Shown here piece by piece: positions 1 to 12,608 of a stretch of DNA of 64,000 nucleotides. Position 1 is the stretch's first letter; the number at the start of each line of letters is the position of its first letter. The notes under the pieces were generated by a model. The model ran no database searches and was not told where the DNA came from. It worked only from the letters and a program-made list of their open reading frames with translations. The position numbers and the translations under genes were made by a program. The stretch comes from Octopus bimaculoides (taxonomy: Eukaryota). The stretch lies in assembly GCF_001194135.2 (NCBI RefSeq), contig NC_068986.1, positions 30,225,091-30,289,090 of the forward strand. The letters are read 5' to 3'.

Positions 1-71
1 TGAGTTCGGGCATGTCTTTTCTTTTGGAAGGAAAGGGACAGAAAGATAGATCCCCTTTCGCGCGCGTGCAC

Positions 72-103
<32 letters not shown>

Positions 104-108
104 ATATA

Positions 109-736
109 CGAGGGAATACTCTCTTTTACTCTTTTACTTGTTTCAGTCATTTGACTGCGGCCATGCTGGAGCACCGCCTTTTGTCGAGCAAATCGACCCC
201 AGGACTTATTCTTTGGAAGCCTAGTACTTATTCTATCGGTCTCTTTTGCCAAACCGCTAAGTTACGGGGCGTAAACACACCACCATCGGTTGTCAAGCGA
301 TGGTGGGGGGACAAACACAGACACGCACACACACATATATATATATACATATACATATATACGATGGGCTTCTTTCAGTTTCCGTCTATCAAATCCACTC
401 ACAAGGCTTTGGTCGTCCTGAGGCTATAGTAAAAAGACACTTACCCAAGATGCCACGCAGTGGGACTGAACCCGGGACCATGTGGTTTGTAAGCAAGCTA
501 CTTACCACACAGCCACTCCTGCGCCTATGGTGAAAAGTTCCTGGGTTTGGGCAAAAGAAAATACAGGAGGATCAGTTAATTATGATTTTATTCAACATAT
601 TCCCCTCTCAGATTCCCATACTTATTGCAGCAGTCCTTCAGTTTTTCTAAGGTTTGTAAAAGAACTCTGAAGATTGGGTCTCCAGACAGGCCTTTCGCCA
701 GGAACTTAGAGCCAGGAACTTTTCAGCACTTCCTCG
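109..736 (-). mobile_element. Non-autonomous mariner derivative; left TIR interrupted by a family-A SINE
   Basis: TA-CGAGGGA...GGTGAAAAGTTCCTGG on the left and CCAGGAACTTTTCAGCACTTCCTCG-TA on the right. The minus strand at about 588-650 reads KLKDCCNKYGNLRGEYVE*, a mariner transposase C-terminus. Confidence 0.7.
116..527 (-). mobile_element. tRNA-derived SINE, family A (CORE-like), near full length
   Basis: Minus strand has A box GTGGCTGTGTGGT, B box GGTTCAGTCCC, CORE-like CTTGGGTAAGTGTC, an internal (CA/TA)n and a GAAACAAGTAAAAG tail. Many homologous copies in the window. Confidence 0.85.
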
Positions 737-988
737 TATTGTAGATGGCTGATCAGAGTTGCTTATGAAAAATGCATCTGGATATCTTTTAAAGATATGA
801 GAGGAAACTTTGGTCAAGTATCATAGACTTCTTCAGGAACAGTTGTATAATTGTGAGCCATTAAATACTTAACTTTTTAAATATAGGTTCATTCCTGATA
901 TGAGTGTTCCTTTCGATCAAAACTGCATGTAAGTACACATGAAATTTTGGGGGTTACAACTATGAAGATTAACTGTTCTGTAGATGTC

Positions 989-1080
989 ATCATTGTCATC
1001 ATTATCATCATCATCATCAGCATTGTCATCATTGTCTTTGACATCGTCGTCATCATCATTATCGTTATCATCACCATCAT
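989..1080. repeat. Imperfect (CAT)n microsatellite
   Basis: Seen directly in sequence. Confidence 0.9.
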
Positions 1081-2331
1081 TTAATGAAGAGTTTTTTGAA
1101 ATCAGTGAGAAAAAGAATATTTATGGACATCTGCTACAAAACATTTAACTTTTCTACCCAGGTACTACATATTTACATTTGTACTTATTGCAGCATTTGA
1201 TTATGTTACAAAAGGTGTAATAGTTATCTTGAAAGACTGAATGCTTTTTTAGACAAAGAACGTGACCAAATGACATGCATTTTGAAGATACAGTCTGTAA
1301 ATGGAACAGAAAAAATATTTAAGTTTTTTCTAAAATTCAGCATGTAAATTTTCACTATTGTTATTTTCTATCTCCGAACAATAGGGCATTGTTTCTTTGT
1401 TAGAGACTAGCTTTTTTTTTGGAAGAATTCAAAGTATAAAAAAAATAAGTAATATGCATTCATAATAAGTAATATGTGTACACTTATGTAGGCTTCTGTC
1501 TGTGCATGTATTCATATATACATTTACATAAGTGTATGTGTGTAAATGTGTTTGTGTATGTGTATCCAACTCAAATGGATTTTGTTAAACATGCACACAC
1601 ATACAAGCATACATAATCACATGTATGTATATGTGTATGTTTTGTGTACACAGATGTGTTGATATGTACATATATTTGCAGACATAGAATCATACATTCT
1701 TTTTTTATATGTAACTCTTTTAATAGAATATTCTGGAATAGTGTATTGATGTTAGAAAAGTCTTTGGTAACAATATACACGTCTCAAATGATTTGATTAT
1801 GTTTTCCAATAAAATACACTTTAAAATTGAAGTCTTTCTTTTACAAAATCCTGAAAAATCTGACACTTTAAAAGGAACTGTGTAAGGTTAGAGGCTCAAC
1901 GTTAGTGTTGATGTTGGTGTTAATGTTGGCCTATTTATATTGCAATCATGTGTAATATGTATATATGTGTGTGTGTTATCAAAGAGAGACAGACAGACAG
2001 AGAGACAGACAGACAGAGAGACAGACAGACAGAGAGACAGACAGACAGAGAGACAGACAGAACCTGCAAAATTTGACACTTTAAAAGGTGGTGGGTTGTG
2101 TTGATAATTCTTTAATTGTAGTCCCATTCAGATTCATGAGTGTGTGTATATGTGTGCATATATGGATATATGCACCAGTCCATTCAAGTTAAAATGTACT
2201 TGTGTGAAAACATCTCTTTGTACACATTATGTGTGTGTTATATATACATATATACATGCATACATACAAGTGGATCATTGGCAATTTTTTTCTTTTGTCT
2301 TCCTTTTCTCTTGGACTTTCCTCTGTTTCCT

Positions 2332-2366
2332 GTTTCTGATGAAGAGCTTTGCTCAAAACATAAAAC
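2332..2366 (+). ncRNA. Decayed minimal hammerhead ribozyme motif, probably in a Penelope-like terminal repeat
   Basis: GTTT-CTGATGA-A-GAGC(TTT)GCTC-AAAAC-AT-A-AAAC. Two G>A changes at would-be CpG sites restore GAAAC-GT-A. Confidence 0.5.
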
Positions 2367-2494
2367 TACCTTTCTTTCCTTCTCTGAGCATCTGCTAATA
2401 CTTTGCATGTACTATGTACTCACGTTGTTGTTTTTTTTCCTGTTGTGCTTGTTCTTCTTTTTTGGATTTACTATATATATATATATATATATAT

Positions 2495-2671
2495 AATATT
2501 TATTCTTTTATTCTTTCACTTGTTTCAGTCATTTTGACTTTGGCCAAGCTGGAGCACCACCTTAAAAGGTTTTAGTTGTAGAAATCAAACCTAGGACTTA
2601 TTCTATCATCTCTTTTTGTTGAAGTGCTAAGTAATGGAGACATAAACACACCAACATCATATATCAAGTAA
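2495..2671 (-). mobile_element. Family-A SINE 3' part, running into a gap
   Basis: Homologous to 116-300 (TTGTTTCAGTCATTTTGAC...GGAGCACCACC). Confidence 0.65.
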
Positions 2672-2994
2672 NNNNNNNNNNNNNNNNNNNNNNNNNNNNN
2701 NNNNNNNNNNNNNNNNNNNNNNNNNNNNNNNNNNNNNNNNNNNNNNNNNNNNNNNNNNNNNNNNNNNNNNNNNNNNNNNNNNNNNNNNNNNNNNNNNNNN
2801 NNNNNNNNNNNNNNNNNNNNNNNNNNNNNNNNNNNNNNNNNNNNNNNNNNNNNNNNNNNNNNNNNNNNNNNNNNNNNNNNNNNNNNNNNNNNNNNNNNNN
2901 NNNNNNNNNNNNNNNNNNNNNNNNNNNNNNNNNNNNNNNNNNNNNNNNNNNNNNNNNNNNNNNNNNNNNNNNNNNNNNNNNNNTATATATATAT

Positions 2995-3145
2995 TCGGAG
3001 TGGTTGGCATTAGGAAGGGCATCCAGCTGTAGAAACTCTGCCAAATCAGATTGGAGCGTGGTGTAGCCATCTGGTTCACCAGTCCTCAGTCAAATCGTCC
3101 AACCCATGCTAGCATGGAAACCAGACGTTAAACGATGATGATGAT
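2995..3145 (+). mobile_element. RTE LINE 3' end with (GAT)n tail
   Basis: GGAAGGGCATCCAGCTGTAGAAAC...CCAACCCATGCTAGCATGGAAA...GTTAAACGATGATG; same sequence as the end of the RT-bearing copy at 13652-14705. Confidence 0.85.
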
Positions 3146-4387
3146 ATATAATATTCTCTCTGTTATTTTAACTGTTCTGTTTTACCTTGACTTGACACTT
3201 TGTCAGTCATTTTCTGCTAACAGTACAGGATATGATTTTACTAATGTCCAACATAACGCTATAATAAAACACTATAGCATAAAACAACTTAAAAAGTAGA
3301 AATCAAGCAGAAGATTATTGATCAATGTTGCTTATGAGGAAAATACAAATATAAGGACACAAGAACTGTGTAGTGATAGACATGTTCAAGTTCACAGCTT
3401 CTGGTAGCACTCATAATATCCTTTACATATAACTATATTAACCGTAATGCTTGTTATTAGTAACTTAGACCTTTTATATTTACTACACATAACTGTTGTA
3501 ATTATAAGTTCTGTTGATAATGTATAAGTCCTTTCAAGTTGGTAGCTTTTGCTAGAAACTTTAACAACTACTGTATATGATGATTTTCAATCAATAAGGA
3601 AACTCTCTCTTTCAAATTTACCCCTGCTAGAAGTACTTTATAAATATTTCTACATATTAATTTTGTCAGTGTAAATTCTTTTGACAAATATGTATCCATT
3701 TTGAATCCTTTGCTGTTAGCAATAAACACCAGTGTTTACTGCACTGATGTATGGAAATGAGTATCTTACTCAGTATCTAGCATTCAACATCGTATCTGAA
3801 AAAAAAGCTAACTTCTGTGACCATCGGCCAACTTTCATTTATTAACTGCCTCCAACTCATACTTCCTGTTTCTATTTGTTCTTTCATTACAACAATGTTC
3901 TTTGCTCTCATATGCTTCTCTCCTCTGTTAAAACCAATTTGAGGTCTTTCCACTTTCAATCCTGTGTATCATTTACCATTCATTCAACGTTGAATAGAAT
4001 CCTTCTCTCTACAGATGTTGTATCTCTCTAAAATCCCATAACCAATTATAGGTAGCTTTCCTTATTTCTTTCTGTTTGACCTTTTCTAAAGAAGGAAAAA
4101 TCATATTGAGCAGGATGAAGAAGTGAGACAGGTCCCAGCACAGTCAACCTCAGAGCTCTTTCTCATTTAAATTGTAAAACCTGTTTTAAAAATTTCCTTC
4201 TTAACCTTGACTTGATCTAAGATACTATGATGTGATATGAGGAAGATCTGGCTGCTATTTCTTCCATGTTGAGCTACCATATAGTTACCTACTCTTTTGC
4301 TGGGCTGATATCATATTAGTGTTTATAATAGAAGCTATTTTCATCTGTCCCTCAATAGTTCTTTAGTATTTCGTAAAACATACTACA

Positions 4388-4555
4388 TACTACACTCTCT
4401 GAGTGGTTGGCGTTAGGAAGGGCATCCAGCTGTAGAAACTCTGCCAAATTAGATTGGAGCCTGGTGTTGCCATCCGGTTTCACCAGTCCTCAGTCAAATC
4501 GTCCAACCCATGCTAGCATGGAAACCGGACGTTAAACGATGATGATGATGATGAT
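4388..4555 (+). mobile_element. RTE LINE 3' end with (GAT)n tail
   Basis: Same family as 2995-3145. Confidence 0.85.
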
Positions 4556-5554
4556 CTAACCAAGTGTTTTACATACAAGTATATTTTGTTTGGTCTCATT
4601 TTGTTTCTTCCCAAATATCTCTGACCTTTGGGATGAGTTAGTAATATCAGTCTAGACATTTAGTTTTGACACCTAACTTTATAAACTAGTTATGATCAAC
4701 TTGCATGCTTGTGCACAGATGTGCACAATCATATGTATGTGAAGTAAGATGCAATAAATATATGTGAGCCATAACATAATAAGGAAAAATTTTCAAATAT
4801 TCATTCACTCCACCCTATCTATTTCCACTAGACTAAATCAGGTTATGAACAAGGCAGACTGTTTAGACATAATATGAAATTCATTATTAAATTGGAGGTT
4901 ACAAGTTTAAAAAACTACTTAGGTCTAGTGTAAAACCAATTTATATACTAGTAGATACCATAAAAATCTTTAAGTAAGTTAGAGCAAAGTTGTATTATTA
5001 TTTATACACATATATGGTAACCATCTGAGAATTGATGTTTATATGTAGATCAGATCAAAAGGCTAAAATCAGATAGATATATCAGTCATAAGACAATGTT
5101 AATAAATATTGCAAATGTCAATATTTATATATCTTTGTATACTTAGTCCACCCATCCAGTCACTTACTCAGTCAGTTTTTCACTTATTCATTCAGTCCTT
5201 CATTATATTTTGTCTCAACAGTCTTTCTTCTTGTGTGAATAACTCTCCTTCTTTCAATTTTCAAATAAATTCTGTGGTAGAAAGGAAATTAATTTCTATT
5301 AATGAAGTATTGTTCAATACCAGTATCAGATCGATAATACCTAATTCTAAATTGATTAATCTTAGCCTAAGAATCTATCGATTCCATATTACACAAGCAA
5401 ATCCATATCTTTCCATAACTCTCCGTTAATTACGAAAGTTCAGAAGGTCAAAGCAACATATTTGAACTGTTCGTGAATGATGACTTTGACTCAGTAAAAT
5501 TAGTAGAAAGCGGCATTGCCTCATCTTATTGTAGATTCCAATTGATTATCTTTT

Positions 5555-5752
5555 AATCGTCATCATTGTCGTCATCATCATCCTCATCATAATCGTCATC
5601 ATCATCATCATCATCATTGCTGTCATCGTCGTCGTCGTCATCATCATCACCATCACCATCATTGTCATCGTCAGTATCATCATCATCACCATCATCATCA
5701 CCATCACCATCATTGTCATCGTCAGTATCATCATCATCACCATCATCATCAC

Positions 5753-5808
<56 letters not shown>
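5555..5808. repeat. Compound (CAT/CGT/CAC)n microsatellite
   Basis: Seen directly; source of the poly-M and poly-S ORFs. Confidence 0.95.
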
Positions 5809-5809
<1 letters not shown>

Positions 5810-5891
5810 TTTTTCATTTGATCTGGTCTATTTCTTTCCATTTTATTCTGTGAATGCATTTCTTCTCTGAGGTAGCTATAACTCTTCCTTT

Positions 5892-5947
<56 letters not shown>

Positions 5948-6147
5948 CTTTGTTCTTAAAGTCATTTCAGTAAATTTCTAAAAATACTTGTCTTTCTTTT
6001 TGAAAACATATTCTAATAATTAGATAGAGGAAACTATCTAATTAACGATGAAAGTGAATGTACAACTCTTCATTACAATTGTGGAATTTATGGAATTTTT
6101 CTTTCTTTTTTTTGGTGCTATTTGTGTCTGTATATATTTAGTATAGA

Positions 6148-6470
6148 TGCCGATGTAGCTGAGTAGTTAAGAAGTTTGCTACAGTTATGAGATCTTGGGT
6201 TCAGTCCCACTTCATGGCATCTTGGGCATATTTTTTTTTTATCAATACCTCAAGTTCATCTAAGTTTTATGAGTGATATTGAGTAGAAGGAAACTGTGTC
6301 GAAGCTATACAGATGAATTGTATCTATAGGTCAAAGGCCCAGCTTTATAATGCTGTATCACAATTATGTTAATTATACATATGTCTGTGGAATATTCGGC
6401 CACTCGCACACCAATTCAATGAGCCTCATAGTTCAGTTGATTGGGCAACTATGCTCATATATTCTTCCCA
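6148..6470 (+). mobile_element. Old diverged SINE: A-type head plus C-type 3' domain
   Basis: GGGTTCAGTCCCAC head, then ATGTCTGTGGAATATTCGGCCACT resembling the family-C tail. Confidence 0.45.
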
Positions 6471-6558
6471 GCAGAACTGTTTATCATTTTATTAGGTATA
6501 TGCATGTATGTACAGGTGTGTGACCATCACTTTCTTTTTCTATATCTCTTCCTCCCCC

Positions 6559-6606
<48 letters not shown>

Positions 6607-7022
6607 GAGTGTGTAGGTGTATTTAAAGAATGTCTTTCAGTTTACTCTTCTCTCCCTCCCCAACCTCACCTCTCTAATTGAAGATAGTCCAGGATTACAT
6701 TTGCCAAGGATTATCTCTCAACTATTTTAAGGTTTTTGTAAGCTTTTGTTGCAGTTTTCAATTCCGTCTTTGGTTTCAGTTAAATGATTATAGCACCTGG
6801 TTAATGCCGAGGTAAATTTAGATATTCATTTCAGCTGACTTAAAAAGATAAAATACCTTAAAACCAACCACCAATAGATAACAGGGTTTAATATAATCCA
6901 TAAGCCAAGATAAACACAAATGTATTTCACATCTGACAGTAAAGAATGAAGTAATGGTGTACATACATAGTTAATTCTTCTATGTCAATAAAATAAAAAG
7001 GGGGTTTCAGTGGTTTTTTTTT

Positions 7023-7081
7023 TTACATTATTTACATTATTTAACATTTGATGGATATTTATCCTCATCTTGTTTGTTGTT
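7023..7081 (-). mobile_element. Family-E SINE 3' tail fragment
   Basis: TTACATTATTTACATT...GGATATTTATCCTCATCTTGTTTGTTG matches 53741-53798. Confidence 0.6.
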
Positions 7082-7287
7082 GGCTAAATTGAAACTTTGA
7101 GAAAACTCATCATAATTACTTGTGTGTGTGTGTTAGATACGTTTTATATGTGTATATTTTACACCACCACTGTATATGGGTCAGGATATGAACTCACTCT
7201 AGGGATTGGTTCATTGGAATCATGTGATCAATGACACTTTTACTCACAAATAGCGATGTGAAATGCAAATGTATAAATGACATAGCC

Positions 7288-7534
7288 ACTTGCCCAAGTT
7301 ACCATGCAGTGAGACTGAACCTGAAACCGTGTGGTTGCAAAGCGAGCCTCTTAATGACACAGCCATGCCTGTGGCTATGTCATTAAGAGGCTCGCTTTGC
7401 AACCACATGGTTTCAGGTTCAGTCCCACTACATGATAACTTGGGCAAGTATCTTCTACTATAGTTTCAGGCTAACAAATAAATGCCTTGTGAGAGAATTT
7501 GGTAGATGGAAACTGTGAAGAAGCCTACGGATGC

Positions 7535-7584
<50 letters not shown>

Positions 7585-7797
7585 TTATGTTGTTTGTCCC
7601 TCACCACTGCTTAACGACCAGTGTTCGTCTTTGTTGTTGGTCTTTGTTGTTTGGCAAAACACACTTATAGAATTAGTACCAAACTTTTTTTTAAAAAAAG
7701 AGGGAAAAAAGAATTAAATCGATTTGTTCAACTAAAGCCTCCAAGGCAGTGCCCCAGCATGGCTACAGTCCAATGACTGAAACAAGTAAAAGATAAA
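7288..7797 (+). mobile_element. Family-A SINE with an inverted duplication of its own 5' head
   Basis: 7288-7365 is the reverse complement of 7372-7449 (73/78 by manual alignment). The SINE body continues to a GAAACAAGTAAAAG tail near 7790. Confidence 0.8.
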
Positions 7798-8214
7798 AAT
7801 TAAAGTACTATACCCCTTCCTTACAAAATTTCTAACTTTATACCATTATTAGAAATCAATAACAGGAGGAGAAAAGCATGGAGGTAACAGTCCCAGGAGG
7901 TTGAAAATGGCAAGTTAGAGAAGGTGTCTGAACCAGCCTAATAGTTTTCTGATGCATTTAATGATGAGGCAGGAGTTAAGAGTTATGACACAAGACAAAA
8001 CATTGTAAAATACTTGTTTTTCTCACTTGTCAGTGATCAGCTGTCAAACAAAGAATACAGATCTTTATCACTAAATTAACTTCCCTGTCAAAACCATTAT
8101 AAATGTATGTTGGGATTGTTGAGCTAAGGAGTAGCATTTTGAAACAGTAGGTTTTCATGTAACCAATCTTCACAGTGACATTAGTTGATAGCAGTTATAC
8201 TTTAAAATGATGCT

Positions 8215-8610
8215 GCAAGGTGGTGAGCAGGCAGAACTATTAGCACGCTGGACAGGGGTGGACTGGGAGTATTAAGGGCCCTCAGGTATAACTGTTTATT
8301 GGGCCCCTTTGAATGTGTGTTTTAATAGAGTTAACATGTAGAGTGTGGGCCCCTCAGAGCACCGGGCCCTCGGGTAGTGCCCAATTGACTGACAGCTCAG
8401 TCCACCCCTGATGCTGGACAAAATTCTTAGCGGCATTTCATCTGTCATTATGTTTTGAGTTCAAATTCTGCTAAGATTGACTTTTCTCTTTCATCCTTTC
8501 AGGATTGATTAAAATAAGTACCAATAGAACAGTGGGGTCGATGTAATCAACTTACCCCTCCCCTGAAATTGCTGGCTTTGTGCCAAAATTTGAAATTAAT
8601 ATCTTAACAT
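8215..8610 (+). mobile_element. tRNA-derived SINE, family D (Deu/Nin-like central domain), interrupted by a hAT MITE
   Basis: GGTGAGCAGGCAGAA head, GAGTTCAAATTC B box, CTTTCATCCTTTCAGG...TAAGTACC domain and CCAAAATTTGAAA tail. Domain name is from recall. Confidence 0.7.
8253..8410. mobile_element. hAT-type MITE (158 bp)
   Basis: 13-bp TIR CAGGGGTGGACTG / CAGTCCACCCCTG; 8-bp TSD ACGCTGGA / ATGCTGGA. Confidence 0.85.
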
Positions 8611-9332
8611 GTTGCAGCTTCAAACATTGATTTTGAAATGTGAATTTGACCAGTCTGCAATTTATGATATCTCCTCCTCGAAATTGCTGGCCTTGTGTCA
8701 AAATTTGAAACCAATATGATGGCTAAATATTTTGTCTATGGAAACTGGATTTAGATTGAAACTGAAATTTCCTTTCAGTTAGTATGGTTGATTTGTTACA
8801 CTATTATTCATAGACCTTCTGTGTGAATAGAAAATTTGAATATAAAGTAAAAGAATTCTTTAAAAACATTCATTGTAGATTATTTCTTAATTCTATTTAT
8901 GATCTCACACAATGAAAATATTGTTAAAAAAATTGACGCTCTCTCAAAAACAGCCTCCATCCTTTTGCAAACTGTACACAGGGAAACATAAAATAATAAA
9001 CTTCCTATTTTTCATAAATCCAGTTATAAAAGAATTAACAATATCAAAAACTCCAAGAGAAGTTTTATTAATCATGAGCTACAATAACAATGAACAGTAT
9101 ACCAGTTGATCAATATTAAAGAAAGGATATTCCATTGAATATCTCCATAAAATCAATTACATCCACTATGTACCCATACAAGACAAAATCACATAGAAAT
9201 CACATAGCATAATATATTATTGTTATACAAGCAGTGTCATATATCATTGTCATACAAGCAGAGTGATTTGTTTCCATAAAAACATGTTCAGTCATGACAA
9301 ATATTACCTTATGCAGGCATGGAAATATTAAA

Positions 9333-9333
<1 letters not shown>

Positions 9334-9406
<73 letters not shown>

Positions 9407-9524
9407 GGTGGTGGTGGTGGTGATGATGGTGGTGGTGGTGGTGGTGATGATGATGATGACGATGATGATGATGATGAAAATGATGATGATGATGGTGGTG
9501 GTGGTGGTGGTGGTGGTGATGATG
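9334..9524. repeat. (GAT/GGT)n microsatellite
   Basis: Seen directly in sequence. Confidence 0.95.
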
Positions 9525-9544
9525 CAGAATTAACATGGAGGGGA

Positions 9545-9925
9545 GGGTGTGACTGCAAGGTAAGAAATTAGCTTCCCAAACACATAGTTCTGAGTTCAGT
9601 CACACTTCACAGCACCTTGAGGAAGTGTCTTTTACTTTAGCTCCGGACTGACAAAAGACTTGTGAAACTGAAAGAAGCCCATTGTATGCATGCATGTGTG
9701 TGTGTGTATGTGTGTGTGTCTGCTCCCCCCCACTGCTTGACAATCTGTGTTGGTTCATATGAGTCCCCATAACTTAGCAGTTCAACAAAAAGAACTCGTG
9801 AAAATAAGTACCAAACTTTGAAAAAAAAAAAGATAAGCTCTGGGGGTCAACTTCTTCACTAAACTCTTCATGGTGGTGCCTCAGCATGGCAACAACCCAA
9901 TAACTGAAACAAGTAAAAGGTAAAC
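9545..9925 (+). mobile_element. Diverged family-A SINE
   Basis: Head, GCACCTTGAGGAAGTGTC core, GAAACTGAAAGAAGCCC and GAAACAAGTAAAAG tail. Confidence 0.7.
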
Positions 9926-10496
9926 AATAAAAAAAAGATAAAAGACATCCATAAAAGAACAAGTCACTGCCAAAACAATATCTTAAAAATAACATGTTAA
10001 TACTTGCTTTTACCAAAAATAATTCATAAACTCAACATAACAGCCACATTCTTCCCATTACATCCCAGCCTTCCATCTATTCATTAAATTATTGTGTCTT
10101 ATCTTAGATATTAGATTATTTTGAAAGGAAAGCTATCTTCATACTCCAGCCTACATATATGAGTAAAGAATTCAATAAAATTTCCAACTGTCCACACATC
10201 AGATATTATTTGAAGCATGCATAAGAAGCCACATAGTAACTGCCAACAATCTGTCAGGAATCATATAAAATAAAATTTTCCATATCCATGGTTTTCTAAA
10301 TGTGATTTGTCCCAAAAAGGATGACTTTTTTTCTCAATCTCTTTATATATATATATAATAGAAAAAACCTTATTCTCCTATACAATATGTACATAGCATC
10401 CTATACTGATAGCATCACATCTAATTTAACATAGAGAGCTTTACACCATCCCTTTACAAACTGGAATCTTGATTCTGTTAAGAACATATTAACAAT

Positions 10497-10600
10497 AGGC
10501 ACAGGCATAGCTGTGTGGTAAGAATTTGCTTCCCAATCACATGATTCCAAGTTCAGACCTTCTGCGTGACACCTTGAGGAAGTGTCTTCTACTTGGTCAG
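10497..10600 (+). mobile_element. Family-A SINE head fragment
   Basis: GGCACAGGCATAGCTGTGTGGTAAG...ACACCTTGAGGAAGTGTCTTC. Confidence 0.6.
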
Positions 10601-10724
10601 CCTTAGAAAATCTCCCAGGGATCTTTTCTGCATTAAGAACATATAGTTAAGTGAAGTCTAACAGATTTAATGTTAAGTAAACCAAAAATAAATTATTTTT
10701 ATCAATTGAAAATATATCTGGTAA

Positions 10725-10881
10725 AGTGGATGGTGTTGGGAAGAGCATCCAGCCATAAAAACCATGCCAAAACAGTGAGGTTTGGTACAGTCCCCTGTCT
10801 TGCTAGCACCTGTCAAACCATCCAACCCATGTCAGCATGGAAGACGGATTTTAAATGATGATGATGATGATGATGATGATG
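10725..10881 (+). mobile_element. Older RTE 3' end with (GAT)n tail
   Basis: GGAAGAGCATCCAGCCATAAAAAC...CCAACCCATGTCAGCATGGAAG. Confidence 0.65.
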
Positions 10882-12608
10882 AATGAGAAGAGGTTATTCT
10901 TGTCAGTGGTGGGTGGGGGTAGTAGAAAGGACTCTGAATATATGTGACACGGCTTGCGAGTAAATCAAACCAGGAGTATATACAATTAACATGGTCTGTC
11001 GGACACTATCAAATGTGCAACTACTTATCTCCCACCTCATGCCATTTGGTCGGAGGCAGATAGCCAATTGGTAAGACAACTTACCTATTCTCTACAATGC
11101 AACTATGCTATTGAACATGTATTGATTTTTATTTTGTTTTTATTTTTACCTTTGGCTGGGCCCAAGAGTCTGTTTATAAATAGTTAACAGGAAAAAAGTC
11201 ATTTGACTTGATGTGTGTTGTTGATACTGATTTACCAATTCCAAAGATAAAAGGTTAAAAGCAATCTCTGTGGAATTTGAATACAGAATTATGAGGTAAC
11301 CAAGTCAATAATGGAAATCACAAAGTCTGGCTTATTTTTCCTCCTTGCTTCATCAATACCTAGTTTAATCTTCATAATCCTTTTGAACCAATCTATATTC
11401 TATGATATCTTATCAAAGAACTATATTAGTATTGTCCCATTAACTGTTTTATATCTGATATTAGCAAAAGATTGAATTAATTATAGAAAAGGCTGTTGCT
11501 TTTTTCTTTTGTTTTTATTCATTTAAAAGAGAGATGAATACTTATATATTATTTACTTATTTAATAATATAACATTTTTTCCCCCCTACAAAATATAACC
11601 ATTCCATTTTTTTTTTTTTTTTTTTNNNNNNNNNNNNNNNNNNNNNNNNNNNNNNNNNNNNNNNNNNNNNNNNNNNNNNNNNNNNNNNNNNNNNNNNNNN
11701 NNNNNNNNNNNNNNNNNNNNNNNNNNNNNNNNNNNNNNNNNNNNNNNNNNNNNNNNNNNNNNNNNNNNNNNNNNNNNNNNNNNNNNNNNNNNNNNNNNNN
11801 NNNNNNNNNNNNNNNNNNNNNNNNNNNNNNNNNNNNNNNNNNNNNNNNNNNNNNNNNNNNNNNNNNNNNNNNNNNNNNNNNNNNNNNNNNNNNNNNNNNN
11901 NNNNNNNNNNNNNNNNNNNNNNNNNNNNNNNNNNNNNNNNNNNNNNNNNNNNNNNNNNNNNNNNNNNNNNNNNNNNNNNNNNNNNNNNNNNNNNNNNNNN
12001 NNNNNNNNNNNNNNNNNNNNNNNNNNNNNNNNNNNNNNNNNNNNNNNNNNNNNNNNNNNNNNNNNNNNNNNNNNNNNNNNNNNNNNNNNNNNNNNNNNNN
12101 NNNNNNNNNNNNNNNNNNNNNNNNNNNNNNNNNNNNNNNNNNNNNNNNNNNNNNNNNNNNNNNNNNNNNNNNNNNNNNNNNNNNNNNNNNNNNNNNNNNN
12201 NNNNNNNNNNNNNNNNNNNNNNNNNNNNNNNNNNNNNNNNNNNNNNNNNNNNNNNNNNNNTCTTTTTCTTCTTCTTAATCTTCCAAATATCCAAATATTG
12301 AGTCATAGTTCCTCTCTGAACGTGAACAGATGCAATTCCCATTTCACTTTCTTTTTCAAATTGTTAGTTTTTATAGATTTCTTGAATTCTTTTTGTTTCT
12401 TTTTTTTCATCTTCTTTTTTGTCTTTTGCATCATTTTTTGGCAAGGTATATGAGAGAGGAAGAATTTCTTCCTATTTAGTTTTTAATTCCTAATTTTAAT
12501 TTTAATTTTTTCTAGTTTTTAAATTTCTTCATTTTAATTTCCCACCATTTATAACTGAGATTCTATAAATACAATCTACAATTCAACTCTACTGGAACTA
12601 TTCTATAC

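Noticed and set aside
805-840. CTGAAGA-A-GTC...GAC motif on minus
   Set aside because: No GAAA and no stem I; insufficient for a hammerhead call.
3770-3795. 26-nt minus-strand segment with good acceptor (TTTTTTTTCAG) and donor (GA|GTAAGA)
   Set aside because: It has stops in all three frames and no supporting neighbours; a non-coding or terminal micro-exon cannot be supported from sequence alone.
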